NCBI RefSeq assembly: GCF_030028105.1
Contig: NC_092385.1
Coordinates: forward strand, 54,919,433-54,983,432
DNA: 64,000 nt
Direction of reading: 5' to 3'
Source of the DNA: Mobula birostris
Lineage: Eukaryota
Shown: positions 49,800 to 62,020 of the stretch, piece by piece
How the letters are laid out: each line of letters starts with the position of its first letter
Numbering within the stretch: the first letter of the stretch is position 1
The notes under the pieces: generated by a model
What the model was told of the DNA's origin: nothing
Databases searched by the model: none
Seen by the model: only the letters and a program-made list of their open reading frames with translations
Made by a program: the position numbers and the translations under genes

Positions 49800-50715
49800 A
49801 AGTCAATGAGTATATAAATTGGGATGTCACATTGCAGCTGTATAAATCTTTGATTCGGCCTCATTTGGCGTATAGTGTACAGTTGTGGTCATCACATTAC
49901 AGGAGGGATGTGGAGGCTTTGGAGAGGGTGCAGGAGATGTTTACCAGGTTTAGAGAGTATTACCAATAAAGGGAGTTTGGACAGATTTGTGGAGATACAG
50001 CTCCATCAAAGGAAGTGTAAGCTGCCCTTTCCCTCTGCTGGCCTGCAGGTCACACTTGGGCAAAGTTTAGTACCTGCTTAGCACCCACTCTCCCCTCGGA
50101 TCAGGGAAGCCATGGGATCAGGTGCTAGATGGTCATATGTAACTTGTGTATGTCACATGCCCCGGCTGTGCAACCACTAACATGAGGCAGACAATCTCCG
50201 AAGGGTATTGATGATGGCTGGGGTCACCCATCTTGTTAAGGCACTGCCCGGAGCAGGCAACATAAAACCATATCTGTCGACAAATTTGCCAAGAACAATC
50301 ATGGTCATGAGACCATGATCACCTCTGTCATACGAGACGGCACACAATGATGATGAGACAGACCTGGTTTGTTTTCTCCGGAGCATCAGTGGCTGAGGGG
50401 TGACCTGACAGAAGTATGCAAAATCATGAGTGGTGTAGCTCGAGTAGACAGCCAGAGTGTGTTTCCTCACGTTAAATACTGGAGTGATTTAGGGTGAGAG
50501 GGGAGAAGTTTAATTCTTTTTTATAATTGCTGTTACTCGTTTTTGTTGCATCTAGCACTCTGCCCAACACACTAGAGCAAATTCCTAATATATGTAAATG
50601 TATATGGGGAATAAAGATGATCCTTGATAGGGACATGGATTGGTAGATGGGATTAGCTGAAGTTTTCACAATGAGCCAAAGGGCCGAAGGCCTGTCCTGT
50701 GCTGTACTGTGTTAT
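49800..50715 (+). mobile_element. CR1 3' fragment with nested RTE-derived element
   Basis: LQLYKSLIRPHLAYSVQLWSSHYRRDVEALERVQ. Confidence 0.8.
49989..50356 (+). mobile_element. Non-autonomous RTE-derived retroposon (Bov-A-like), copy 2
   Basis: Homologous to 34440-34812; (TGA)n tail; TSD GACAGA. Confidence 0.7.
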
Positions 50716-50918
50716 ACTCTGATCCTGGTTACGACTTTCAGACTGAGCTAGACCCATCATGATTCCCTCTTCCTGGATTAAAGTCATGTTAGGGAAAGGC
50801 AGCATTCACACACAATGATATTACCGAGCTGCAGCTCTTCTCTTGATGTATCGACGACCAGATACAGTGATATACTGGACAACCAAAGTTCAGACTTTAG
50901 CCATCACTGGTTCTTAGC

Positions 50919-51120
50919 CACAAGGAGTTCTGCAGACGCTGGGAATCTAAAGCAACACACACAAAATTCTGGAAGAACTCAGCAGGCCAGGCAGCATCTA
51001 TAGAGGGGAATGAACAGTCATTTTCGGGTTATGAAGGGTCACGGCCTGAAGCATCTATTTTATTTCCTTGTGTGGATGCTCCTTGACTTGCCGAGTTCCT
51101 CTAGTATTTCTGTGTGTTGT
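50919..51120. mobile_element. Palindromic PLE-derived mini-element
   Basis: CAACACACACAAAATTCTGGAAGAACTCAGCAGG is inverted against GCCGAGTTCCTCTAGTATTTCTGTGTGTTG; central decayed ATGAAGGGTCACGGCCTGAA. Confidence 0.7.
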
Positions 51121-54100
51121 TTATTAGTTACAAAGTGCCTTTGGATGAGAAATGTACAAATCATTTCTTTGTATCCCCAAGTGAGTTAAGCCCTGTTAAT
51201 TATTCCTTAGGTAGAAAACAGTCACTTAGCTCTTCAGTGAAGTGTCAAACTCTGTGAATGGCAAACTTGTAGAATCAATAGTAGATTTGAGCAAGTGCTT
51301 ACAGGACATATTTAGCTCCCATGCCTGTCAATAATTTTCCATTACTGGAGTGAGTAATCCTGCTGTTAGTTTCTTTGCTGTATATTCTTCGATTAGTGGG
51401 CTTGATAGCCTCCTCCTTGTCATCAACATTTTTTGGTCTCAGTATCTGCCATGATCCACCAAGTCCACCAAGTGTCCGTCAGGCGGAATCTTTTCATAAC
51501 CTGCAGGGCTGAACAAATGGATAGCCTTTGCTTAAAAACGCTCTGGAAAACTGCAAATGACTGTCTGGTTCTGGGAGTTTCCATAAGACACAAGTTGTGT
51601 AAATGATAAGATGGTAACTGCAATCAGGCAAAGGGTCACTGAAGGTTGTTAGATTAATTATCCAGTATAATTCGCCACTAATGGAGGTGTATAGTTGAGT
51701 CTGAGGAAGGATGACGGATTTAGGGAGATAATAAATAGGATTACTGTTGGATTAGAATAAACGTGTGCTTAATTATTAATACAGGTTTGGTGAGCTGCAG
51801 GACCTATTCCATGACGCAGCAGAGACACGATGGGCTGAACTGCCTCCTGTGCCGCATGATGCTATGATAACCTCAATCTGTCTAGCATCATAGTATTGTC
51901 ACCCAAGCTTGGTGTCCAGGGACAGTTTTATGAAGTGAAGAGCAACATTACTCCTAGTTCTAACCTCCGGCTTCTCTTTCCAGCACATTCAAGCTTGTGT
52001 GCTATGTTTTTGTGTCCATCTGTATCCCTATTCATCATTTACCAACTGAACTGTTCTGCATTTCTAAATACTGAGTTCTGCCCACACAACCTCCCTGAAG
52101 ACCCACACTCAACAATTCAGAAACAGCCTCCTCCCTCCTGTCATCAGATTTATGAACAGCATGAACACCACCTTATAGTCATTTTTTTCAGCTGTTTGTA
52201 TATTTTTCTAATTGATAGAGGAGTCATGGAGTGATAAATAATTACAGCACAGTCCCAGACCCTTTGGCCCATCTAGTCCATGCTGAACTGTTACCCTGCC
52301 TAGTCCCATCGACCTGCAACTGGACCATAGCCTCCATAACCCTCCTCATCTGTGCACTTATACAAATTTTTCCTTAAGTGCTGTAATTGACCACTTCCAC
52401 TGGCAGCTCAACCCACCACGCTCTGAGTGAAAAAGTTCCCCTTAAATATTTCACCTTTTACCCTTAACCCTAGTCCCTAGTTCTAGTAATTGTATGTCTT
52501 TGCACTGCACTGTGCTGCTGCCACAGAACAATAAATTTCGTGTCATATAATCAATGATAAGACCACAAGACTTAAGAGCAGAGTTATGCCAATCCGCTCT
52601 GCCATTCCATCATGGCTGATTTATTATCCCCATTCACCTGCCCTTTCCCCATAACCTTTGATGCCCTTACTAAATAAGAATCTATAAATAAATCTGTTTC
52701 TGAATCTGATGCCCCTAATCACACAATTCTGTCGGGATCAAAGGTTACGATCTCCTCATGTTCTCAGCAAGACTGTGTTGAACTCACCCTTCCTTCCTCA
52801 GCTCTTGAAGCATCTGTCCTTCAATTCCAGCATTTATGGCAACTGGACTTTAATCTCTCCATCATCAGCAACAAATGTCTTTTGCCAGTAAAGCTCTAAA
52901 CCGTGACTTTCTTTTCCCAACTCTCGCCATGTTCATAACTCTTCCCTTTGTTGAGGTGGTCTTTTACATCCAAATATTTGACAGAGCTCTTGGTCATCTG
53001 TAGGATGTGATCCTCAGTCTCAAACATAAAGCTCATGAAAAGCCCTTTCGGACATGCTGCTACATCAAAAACTGTCACCTCTCAGTACTAACACCATCAG
53101 ACGGCATATTGTTTGCTGTTTGCCACCTCAAAATGCAGCTCAGATAACAGTAGAGAACTTCTCTACTGTTGTGTGTGGTATGCCAATAATACCTCATGTA
53201 CCACATGAAAATCTGCTCAGGCTTCCTGTCACAGACCCTGCAAGGGAAAGGGAGATGAATGCTATCATTCTATATTCCTGGCATGATACACAGATGCTTT
53301 AGTGGAATAGTTGTTATTTGTTTCACGCCTTTGAAAAGGTTGTACTGTATTCCACATGTTGTCTATCTCCTTCACAGTTCAAGGCCTTGAAAGCCAAAGT
53401 TGTTTATTGTCATCTGCACAAGTACATGAATGCAATGAAAGACATTGTTGCAGAGCATCACATGTTCAAAGCGTCATTTTAGCAATATTAACAAAAAACA
53501 TAAATTAAACATACTTTAAATAAAATTAAATAAAATTAATAAAACATTAAATAAAAGAACACAATTAGAACTAAAAAAAGTCCATTTTAGTCAAAGTTCC
53601 TTCAATTTTTTTTTGCAGCTGTGCAGACCAACCATTGTTCTGAGCAGGAAATTTTTACATGGCCTGAAACTCTGTGTGGTACTTTATTTATTTTTTTATG
53701 TAATATGCATTCTATGAATGTTTAGAATGCAAATTGGAAAATAGCATACTTTTTATTTTATTTATTAATTGAAGGATATAATGAAATACCGTACAACAAA
53801 GAAAATCTTTCATGTTCCGTAAACTTTTTCTAGCTGTGTCCAATTCCAGCTGCAAGGCAACGAAGGCTATGTGCGCAGGAGCATTTCAGTTACTGCAACG
53901 CTGCACACCGACGCTGTGGGTGATTTTAGTACTAAGTTATTAAAGTGGTCATAGTGTTGCCCATGATGTTGTGCTTATTCCACAATCAATCCAATCAATC
54001 TCCTAAATAGCCTATCACCGGCACACACACCTCCTTTTTCCCTTCATCCATGTGCCTATCTTAATTAAGAGTTTTTTTAAATGTTCCTGATATATCAGCC

Positions 54101-54246
54101 TCTACCACCACCCCGGCAGGCAATTCCAGGTAAAAAAATGTCCTCAGGTATCCTCCCTAAACCTTCCTCCACTTCACTTTAATGGTGTTTACTGCCCTGG
54201 GAAGAAGCTGCTGGTTGTCCACCTCTTGTAATCTTATACAACTCTG

Positions 54247-54418
54247 AAGCTGGACACACGAGAGATTCTGCAGATGCTGGAAATGCTGAGCAACACGCAC
54301 AAAATGCTGAAGGAACTGAGCAATCCTGATGAAGGGCTTTAGCCTGAAATGTTGACTGTTCATTTTCCTCCGTAGGTGCTGCCTGACCTGCTGAGTTCCT
54401 CCAGCATTTTGTCTGTGT
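54247..54418 (+). mobile_element. Palindromic PLE-derived mini-element
   Basis: TSD AACTCTG (54240-54246, 54419-54425); inverted arms CAAAATGCTGAAGGAACTGAGCA / TGCTGAGTTCCTCCAGCATTTTG. Confidence 0.75.
54321..54358 (+). ncRNA. Minimal type I hammerhead ribozyme motif (decayed)
   Basis: CAATC-CTGATGA-AGG GCTTTAG CCT-GAAA-TGTT-GACTG. Confidence 0.6.
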
Positions 54419-55649
54419 AACTCTGTTAACTCACCTAAGACCCTCCATCAGTTCAAAGACGAAAGCACTAAAGGTTGAACACTTAACCTTTCCTCATAAG
54501 CCAAGTTCTGTAATCCAGGCAGCAGCCTGGTAGATTCCTCTGCAAGCCCTCTAAGACTTCCATAGCCTTTGTATAATGAGGTGACCAGAGCTCTAAGTAT
54601 AGTATTAACCCGTTTTACAGAATTGCAACTTTACTTCATGGTCTGCTGAACTCAATCTTCTGACTAATGAAGGGTATTACACCATACACCTTCCTATAGG
54701 AGGTAGCTGTCCTTGAACTTGGTGGTGTGGGACTTCAGGCTTTTGGTTTCAGGCCTTCAAGAAGGAATTGGATAAATAAATGGTGGAGAAAAAATTGCGA
54801 TGACGAAAGGGCCTGAAAGTTGGAACTAGAGAATAAAAATAAGAATATTCGGATGTTGGAAATCTGAAATTTGGTATAGAATTGATGTGGGGCTGAATGA
54901 TCTTATCATTCCAGCCTTTAGTACCACAGACCTTGTCCCTACAGAGTAAGTGCCTCCCCTTCCTTTCTGGTCCTGTGTAACATGGTACAAAGCTGCTGAG
55001 CAGTACCATCATGAGTGGGAGAGTGGCTTACTGTTTATTCCCAAGTGTCGTTAAAAGTTAATGATGCCAAATGCACGGTGGGATTCTGCACAAATTTTCT
55101 GCTTCTGTCAGGTATGCGGTTTCACACCTGCCTCCTAGTGAAGAAAGTAAGCAAATAGTGACTCTTTGTGGTTCCAGTCCTATTGTGCCAAGATTTAGAC
55201 TCCAGGGGCCAAGGGAGCCCCTAGGGAATGGTCAATTTCAAGATTTCTTTTTCTTACAACGTGGAAAACTGTTGGCTGGAATTGTTGATTATACTGCAGC
55301 CCTGCACCTTCAGTGTGTCAAACATTCTTAACGAGTCCGCAGGGTTATCTGTTGAGCAAAGCTCTAATAGGTAACACAGCAGTTTTGACGTTGCAGTAGA
55401 TGTGTTATCACCAACTCTGCTTTTAGTCCTGCCAAAGCCTAGAACAAGGTTTTATCAGACACATTTGAGCCAGGAACACAAGAAATTGTCCTTAGCAGAG
55501 TAGGCCTGACTCCTCAGGATGCATTATTCAGGAAATACAATGTTCTTTATTTCATCACTGTAGCAATATTATTTCAGGTCCTTTCCACAGAACAGACTTG
55601 GAATGTGTTTGATTCTGTTGATCTGGCTGGAGAAGTGAGAATCATTTTC

Positions 55650-56287
55650 CAGACATTCCACCCTGCAAACACTCATTTCAGGGAGGTAGCAGCCCCGCCC
55701 CCTGCAACCTCATATTTCCTCCCCCCCCCCCCCCGGTCGACCTCCAAGGGTGTATGTAATACTTTGTTTAGTGATTTTGTCTAATCTGTAGATCAAGTTG
55801 GGTATATGCAGAAAATGTGACATTAAAATATGTACATATATTATATTATCATGTTTATTCTATTACAACTTTAAGCAAGTCTACAGGGAGTTTGGCGTCA
55901 TCACGTAGGACATCAATAGAGTAGCTCCTTAGCAGCCAGCCAGCTAGTTTAAATAACGTTAGCTATGCTAATGAATGAATGACACCTGTTAAACTCACCT
56001 CAACATGTCTTTTACATTTTAACCCACCATGGGCAAACGAAAAGTCACTGTTGCCAACAGTGCAGCGAGCAACACTGTCATTATTTTTGAGGTCAACTGT
56101 AAAGCCCACCCACAAAGAAAACTGATAGGTCTACTTAGCACAAAGAGAGACCAATCAGGATGCTCACTCTCCCTCTCCCTCTCAAAAAAATCGCTTTGTG
56201 GGATATTGTATATAATTTCCGGGCATCAGGGAGCCGCTATTAATATGCGGGAGACTCCCAGAACTTCCAGGAGAGGTGGGATGTCTG
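55650..56287. mobile_element. Non-autonomous TIR DNA transposon
   Basis: TIRs CAGACATTCCACC / GGTGGGATGTCTG; 6-bp TSD ATTTTC. Confidence 0.75.
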
Positions 56288-56589
56288 ATTTTCATTCCTT
56301 GTTTCCTGCTGGACTTTGTTAAGGTAAAGTCTTATGACTCAGTTTGTTTAAAGTTCAAGGTTCAAACTAAATTTATTATAAAAGCACGGATCTGACACTG
56401 TATACTACCCTGAGTTTCATTTTCTTGTGGGCATTCACAGTAGGTACAAAGAAATACAATGGAATCTTTGACAAACTACACAGACAAACAACCAATGTTG
56501 AAAAGAAGATAAAATGGGCAAAAACAAATAATAATAATACATAAATAATATTGCTTATTATTTGCTTTAATTCAGAACAATGAGGCTGA

Positions 56590-57310
56590 ATAATGTATAA
56601 AGGACAAGTGGAATTTAATTTGGACAAGTACAAAGCAAAGCAATTTGGAACTTAAATGTTGGCAGGTAAAGTGCAATAAAGGCAGGGACCAAAGGACTGT
56701 TAATCTATCAAAAGACTTTGGGTGCCTAGTTCCCTAAAAATAGTGGATAGCGTAGTGAAGAAAGCATTTGGCATGTTTGCCCTCATAGACTGAGGCGCTG
56801 AACATAGAGATGGAATACCAAGTTACAGCTGTGTAAAACCACTCTTCAAACATTGTGCACCGTTCTGTAGTCTATTCACTGTTGTGCACCAGACTACAGG
56901 AAGGATGTAGAAGGATGTAGAAGGATGTAGGAAGGATGTGGTTTTTAACCTCACTGGAACATAGGAGCCTGTGGGGAGACCAGATAGAGGTTTGCAAGAT
57001 TTTGAAGGGCATAGATAGTCACAGAGTTTCACCCTGGGCTGATGAGTCTAGAGGGGATGGGTTTAACGTGACAGGGGAGAAATTTTAATGAGACCCAAAG
57101 GATATGTTTCTCACACACTGGTTGGTGATTATCTGGGACAAGGTAGTGGAGTTAGAAGTATTTACAACATTGAAAAGGCATTTGATCAGATACTTGGACA
57201 GGAAAGGTGTGGAGGAACACAGGCCTAATAGAGGCAGGTGAGTTGAATGTTGATAGGCATGGACTAATTGGACCAAAGAGGCCATTTCTATGCTGTGCTG
57301 ATTCTGAGAC
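56590..57310 (+). mobile_element. Old CR1 3' fragment
   Basis: QVEFNLDK..VVKKAFGMFA..YRKDV with local (AGGATGTAGA)n expansion at ~56895-56940; CR1 tail. Confidence 0.7.
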
Positions 57311-57429
57311 TCTATAACACTTAAAGGGCCATTGTTAGGACTCCAGATTCCTTGCATAATAGACTTACTTCTCTGAATTTTATCCACCTTCCACCTCACC
57401 AAAATTAACGTTCATCGCACTGTAGAACA

Positions 57430-57745
57430 AAGGATGCTATGGAAAATCCTGGCACTTCTGGACAATGTTTCTCACCTGCATGCCACCTTGGCTAGAAGGA
57501 GCAGCACTTTCAGTGATAGACTAAGACAACTGTGCTGCTCCAAAGAGCACTATATGAGGTCATTCTTACCCTCAGCTATTAGTCAACCTATAACTGGGCA
57601 AGTGATGACTCCTTCCTGTTTGACTGTTTGTGGTAACTTATTTTTTTTATTCATTCTGCTTCTGATATTTATATCTGTGCACTTGTAAAGCTACTGTGAC
57701 ACTGTAATTTTCTCTGGGATCAATAAAGTATCTATCTATCTATTT
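57430..57745 (+). mobile_element. Rex1/Babar-like 3' end
   Basis: LDNVSH..LHATL..FSDRLRQLCCSKE..RSFLPSAI; GGGATCAATAAAG(TATC)n tail. Confidence 0.75.
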
Positions 57746-57950
57746 TGCCTCCCCAAGCAACAGCTCATAAAGAACAAGGAACGTCAGTTGTCTTAGACAA
57801 GTTGAATGGACTAGGAAGTCCTTTTTTGCCTGTTATTGAACACAAGAACAGTATTTTCATAAACAAGAGAAAATCTGCAGATGCTGGAAGTCCACACATA
57901 CAAAATGCTGGAGGAACTCAGCAGGCGGGCAGCATCTATAGAAAAGAGGA

Positions 57951-57988
57951 CAGTCGACGTTTCGGGCTGAGACCCTTCAGCAGGACTG
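57951..57988 (-). ncRNA. Best-preserved minimal type I hammerhead motif (A6C core variant), in a PLE end at 57861-57990
   Basis: Minus strand CAGTC-CTGCTGA-AGGG TCTCAG CCC-GAAA-CGTC-GACTG; GUC cleavage triplet; palindromic ACGT stem III. Confidence 0.7.
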
Positions 57989-58124
57989 GAGAAATAAATG
58001 CTTTCATGGGTGTTATGGATGTGGACATCGTATACATGCCAAGCTCTATTTCAATATGATAAATCTTTCTGCCTCCATCACTGGTTCCACATGCCAGTGA
58101 GCTTTTGTAACAGGATAATAATAA

Positions 58125-58438
58125 ATAATAAAGGCATCCGTTAGTCTTGCGAGACCATGGATCTGCACCTGGAAAGTCTTCACTCTCCAGGGCGCAGGCC
58201 TGGGCAAGGTTGTATGGAAGACCGGCAGTTGCCCACGCTGCAAGTCTCCCCTCTCCACGACACCGATGTTGTCCAAGGGAAGGGCAAGGGCCGATACAAC
58301 TTGGCACCAGTGTCGTCGCAGAGCAATGTGTGGTTAAGTGCCTTGCTCAAGGACACAACATGCTGCCTCGGCTGGGTCTCGAACTCACAACCTTTAGGTT
58401 GCTAGTCGAATGCCTTAACCACTTGGCTACGTGCCCAC
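58125..58438 (-). mobile_element. tRNA-headed SINE with CORE-like segment and RTE-type tail
   Basis: A box TAGCCAAGTGG, B box GTTCGAGACCC, TGTGTCCTTGAGCAAGGCACTTAAC, tail shared with 37436-37635. Confidence 0.8.
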
Positions 58439-58494
58439 ACTATAATAAGATATCTCTCCTCTAAATCCTTTCACCAATTACTTTAAATTGTCTT

Positions 58495-59630
58495 CCGTTC
58501 TGGTTGCCTCATTATAGAAAGGATGTAGAAGCTTTAGAGAGGGTGTAGAGGAGATCTACCAGGATGCCGTCTTGATTAGAATGCATGCCTTATGAGGATA
58601 GGTTGAGCAAGCTGGTGCTTTTCTCTTTGGAATGAGAAAGGTGAAAGGAGAAGGGATGAAAGGTGGCTTGATAGAGGTGTACAAGATGATAAGAGGCGTG
58701 GATCGAGTGGATAGCCAGAGACTTTTCCCCAAGGCATAAGTGGCTAATGCGAGGGGGCATAATTTTAAGGTGATTGGGGGAAAGTATAGCGGTAAGCTCT
58801 TTACACAGAGAGTGGCAGGTGCATGGAGCACCCTGCCCTGATGGTGTAGGAGGTACATTAGGAGCATTTAAGAAACTTTTAAATAGCGACACAGATGATA
58901 GAAAAATGGAGGGTTATCCAGGAGGGGAAACTATAATAGCAAGGGGAATAGAAGATAAAAGCGAGATAATGCTGAGGCTTTATTAGACACCAGTCAGGTC
59001 GAACTTGGAGTATTGTCAACAGTTTTGAACCCCATATCTCTGAAAGGATGTGTTGTCATTGGAGAGAGTCCAGAGGAGGTTCACAAGGATGATTCCGGGA
59101 ATGGAGAGGTTAACATATGAGGAGTGTTTGGCAGCTTTGGGCCTGTACTCACTGGAGTTTAGAATAATGTGTGGGAATCTCATTGAAACCTACCGAATGT
59201 TGAAAGGACTGGATAGGGTGGATGTGGAGAGGATGTTTCCTATGGTGGGCATATCTAGAACTAGAGGGCACAGCCTTAAAATTGAGGGGTGACCCTTTAG
59301 AACAGAGGTAAGGAGGAATTTTTTTCAGCCAGAGAGTAGTGAATCTATGGAATGCTCTGCCACAGACTGTGGTGGAAGCCAAGTCCATGAGTATATTTAA
59401 AGCGGAAGTTGATAGTTTCCTGATTGGTCAAGGCATCAAGGGATATGGTGAGAAGGCAGGTATATGGGGTTGAGTGGGATCCAGGATCAGCCATGATGGA
59501 ATGGCAGAGCAGACTCAATGGGCTGAATGGCCTAATTCTACCCCTATATCTTATGGTCTTAAGGGTTAGATTAATCTTAAGGTTGGCTAAAAGGTCATTA
59601 CAACATCATGGCCCAAAGGGCTGTACTGCT
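58495..59630 (+). mobile_element. Nested CR1 fragments (58930-59560 inserted in the tail of another subfamily)
   Basis: Two successive CR1 C-terminal segments; the outer 3' UTR resumes at ~59561 (AAGGGTTAGATT). Confidence 0.8.
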
Positions 59631-59804
59631 AAAATATATATCTGATTCCTGTGACCCCTCTTCTGAGTGAAAAGGGTACTTCCTACTTGTTTTGTTTGGA
59701 TCCAATAAAAAGCCTTCTGGTGTGCTGGGTGATATGAGATTAGTTTAGATTGATATTGGACCATTCTGGGTCCACTGTTGCTCCTTTGGAAGCCATGAAA
59801 ATAG

Positions 59805-60170
59805 GAAAATGGAAGCAGAAATAGGTCGTCTGTACCCTAACTTTCAAAATGATCATGTCTGATCTTAACTCCTCTTCCATGCCCGTTCCCCATAACCGTC
59901 AATTCCATGATCTTTCAAGTACCTATCTATCTCCATCTTAAATACATCTGATGATCCAACCTCCAGCACTTTCAGGGGCAGAGAGATCCAGAGATTCACT
60001 ACCCTCTGACAGAAGAATTTTCTGTGCATCTCAGTCTTAAATGATAAGTCCTTTATTTTGCAACTATGACCTCTTGTTCATGACTGTCCCACTAGTGCAA
60101 ACATCTCAACATCTACCCATTTAGCTGTCAAGCCATTTACGATCTTATATATTTAAATAAGGTTGCCCCT
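59805..60170 (-). mobile_element. CR1 3' end
   Basis: GGGGCAGAGAGATCCAGAGATTCACTACCCTCTG..AATTTTC motif and tail. Confidence 0.75.
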
Positions 60171-61189
60171 ACTTTAGCTTGGGCTGTTGGTGCTTATTCA
60201 TACTACCCATTCTAGCTATGTTGGCCAGATGTTTAATTCCCAAAAGACTCAGGGAGAATTCTCAATGCTGCAAGTTTCACCAACAAACCCTTCCAATGGT
60301 GTCCAGTTTAGGAGAGGCAAATTACTGTAAATCTGCCAAAATCTTAGCAAAAATAAATGCTCAAAAGTTTTCATTCGCATACTTTGGCCATGTTTATATG
60401 CAAGTCGCTGTGGGTTTCTTTGTTATTGAGGTATTACAAGCAGAGCTGGCCACAGTGCAATCATCATCGTACAGCCAGACTTCTGTTCCACACCATTTCC
60501 TTTCTGCAGCGTGTGCCTCGATAGGAATAGCATTGAGTTCACTAGGGGTGGGAGTTATGTTGCGATGCTGCCAGGCTGCAGGACTAGAGACTGAGATACC
60601 AGCTGTGAGCATTGAGTGGGAAACTGATTGGGATTACTACCAGCTTGGCAGTCTGACATCTTATTTTAACAGAGAGTTGGCATCTGCTAAGAACTGATAT
60701 TAAATACAAAATGATAATGGCTGAAGCAGGGTTCTTGTGGCAACTTCCAGCATCTTCAGTCTCTTGTGTCTCCATAGTGACAAATGGGTAGATTTTACAA
60801 ACTTACAGCATTTCAAGTTCTTTGGAGAAAGCGAAAAATATTTCCTCTTTAGTCTGTAAAGATAACTGCCAATTTCCAAGCAAGAAACGAGTTTTCAACC
60901 ATGTGATATTATTTGACAAACTAACATTGTTCTGGATGATGAGGGAAATTTTGCCTTTCCCATACCACATTGGTATTCAGTTCTGGACCAACTGCTTATA
61001 GTATCTCACCATGGTGAATGGTCCGATCATGTAGCACTTCCTCATTGCTTGCTGAATATTTTTTTAATGTTCTAAATCAATTTTCTCCCTTATATACACA
61101 AAACTTCCACTGATACCTGGCACCCCTCAGTTAAATGACAGCGCCCCTTTCCAGAAGGGCACTGCTTGTGTGAATATCTGGAATGTAGT

Positions 61190-62020
61190 TCATACCTTTG
61201 ATATACTGAGGGATCTTGGGGTCTAAGTCGATAACGCCCTGAAAGTGGCTGCACAGGTTGACAGGGTGGTAAAGAAGGTGTGTGGTACGTTTTTCTGTAT
61301 GAGGCAAAGCATTGAGTTCAAGGGTCAGGAAGTTGTGTTGCAGTTTATACATGTGGTTAGGCCGCTGCTGGAATATTGTGCTCAGGTCTGGTCACCTAAG
61401 TAAGAGAAGGATGTGGGGACTTCGGACAGGGTGTAGAAGAGGCTTGTCTGGATTGTTCCTGGATTAGAAGGCGTGTGCCATGGAGAAGGGCTGGACACGC
61501 CTGGCTTGTTACCTGTGGACTGATGGAGGCTGAAGTGTGACTTGATTGAATTTTATAGGGAGGCACAGATAGAGTAGATAGCTGGTATCGTTTTCCCAGG
61601 GTCGAAAAATCTAATGCTAGCTGGCATGCATTTACTGTAGTGTGAGAGAGGGATACTTCAAAGGAGATTAAAACCATAAGACATAGGAGCAGAAGTAGGC
61701 CATTCAGCCCATTGGGCCTGCTCTGCCATTCCATCATGGCTGATTTATTATCCCTCTCAACTCCATTCTCCTGCCTTGTACAGGAAGGAGCAAGGATTCA
61801 CACAGAGAGCGGCGGATATCTGGAATGCACTGCCCTGGGATGGTAGTGGAAGCTAAATGATAGAGCTAGTTACGAGGCCTTAGATAGGCACATGGATGTG
61901 CAGAAAATGGAGGAATATGGACATTGTATCAGCAGAAGGGATCAATTCAGTTGCTAGTTAAATTAGTCCAGCACAACACTATGGGCCTAAGGGCCTGTTC
62001 CTGTATTTTACCGTTCAATG
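61190..62020 (+). mobile_element. CR1 3' fragment with an antisense CR1 tail nested at ~61670-61778
   Basis: RDLGV..LKVAAQVDRVVKK..IEFKGQEVVLQ..VRPLLEYCAQVWSP. Confidence 0.8.

Larger units (their letters stand above)
53960..54690 (-). mobile_element. Old CR1 3' fragment with nested PLE mini-element
   Basis: CCTCTACCACCACCCCGGCAGG..TAATGAGGTGACCAGA motifs. Confidence 0.7.

Noticed and set aside
53595-53925. Possible DNA transposon remnant interrupting a Rex tail
   Set aside because: No convincing TIR pair or TSD could be identified
58360-58438. tRNA gene
   Set aside because: It is the tRNA-derived head of a SINE, continuing into CORE-like and tail segments
60179-60697. 172-aa ORF in unique DNA
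   Set aside because: Non-ATG start, no recognisable homology
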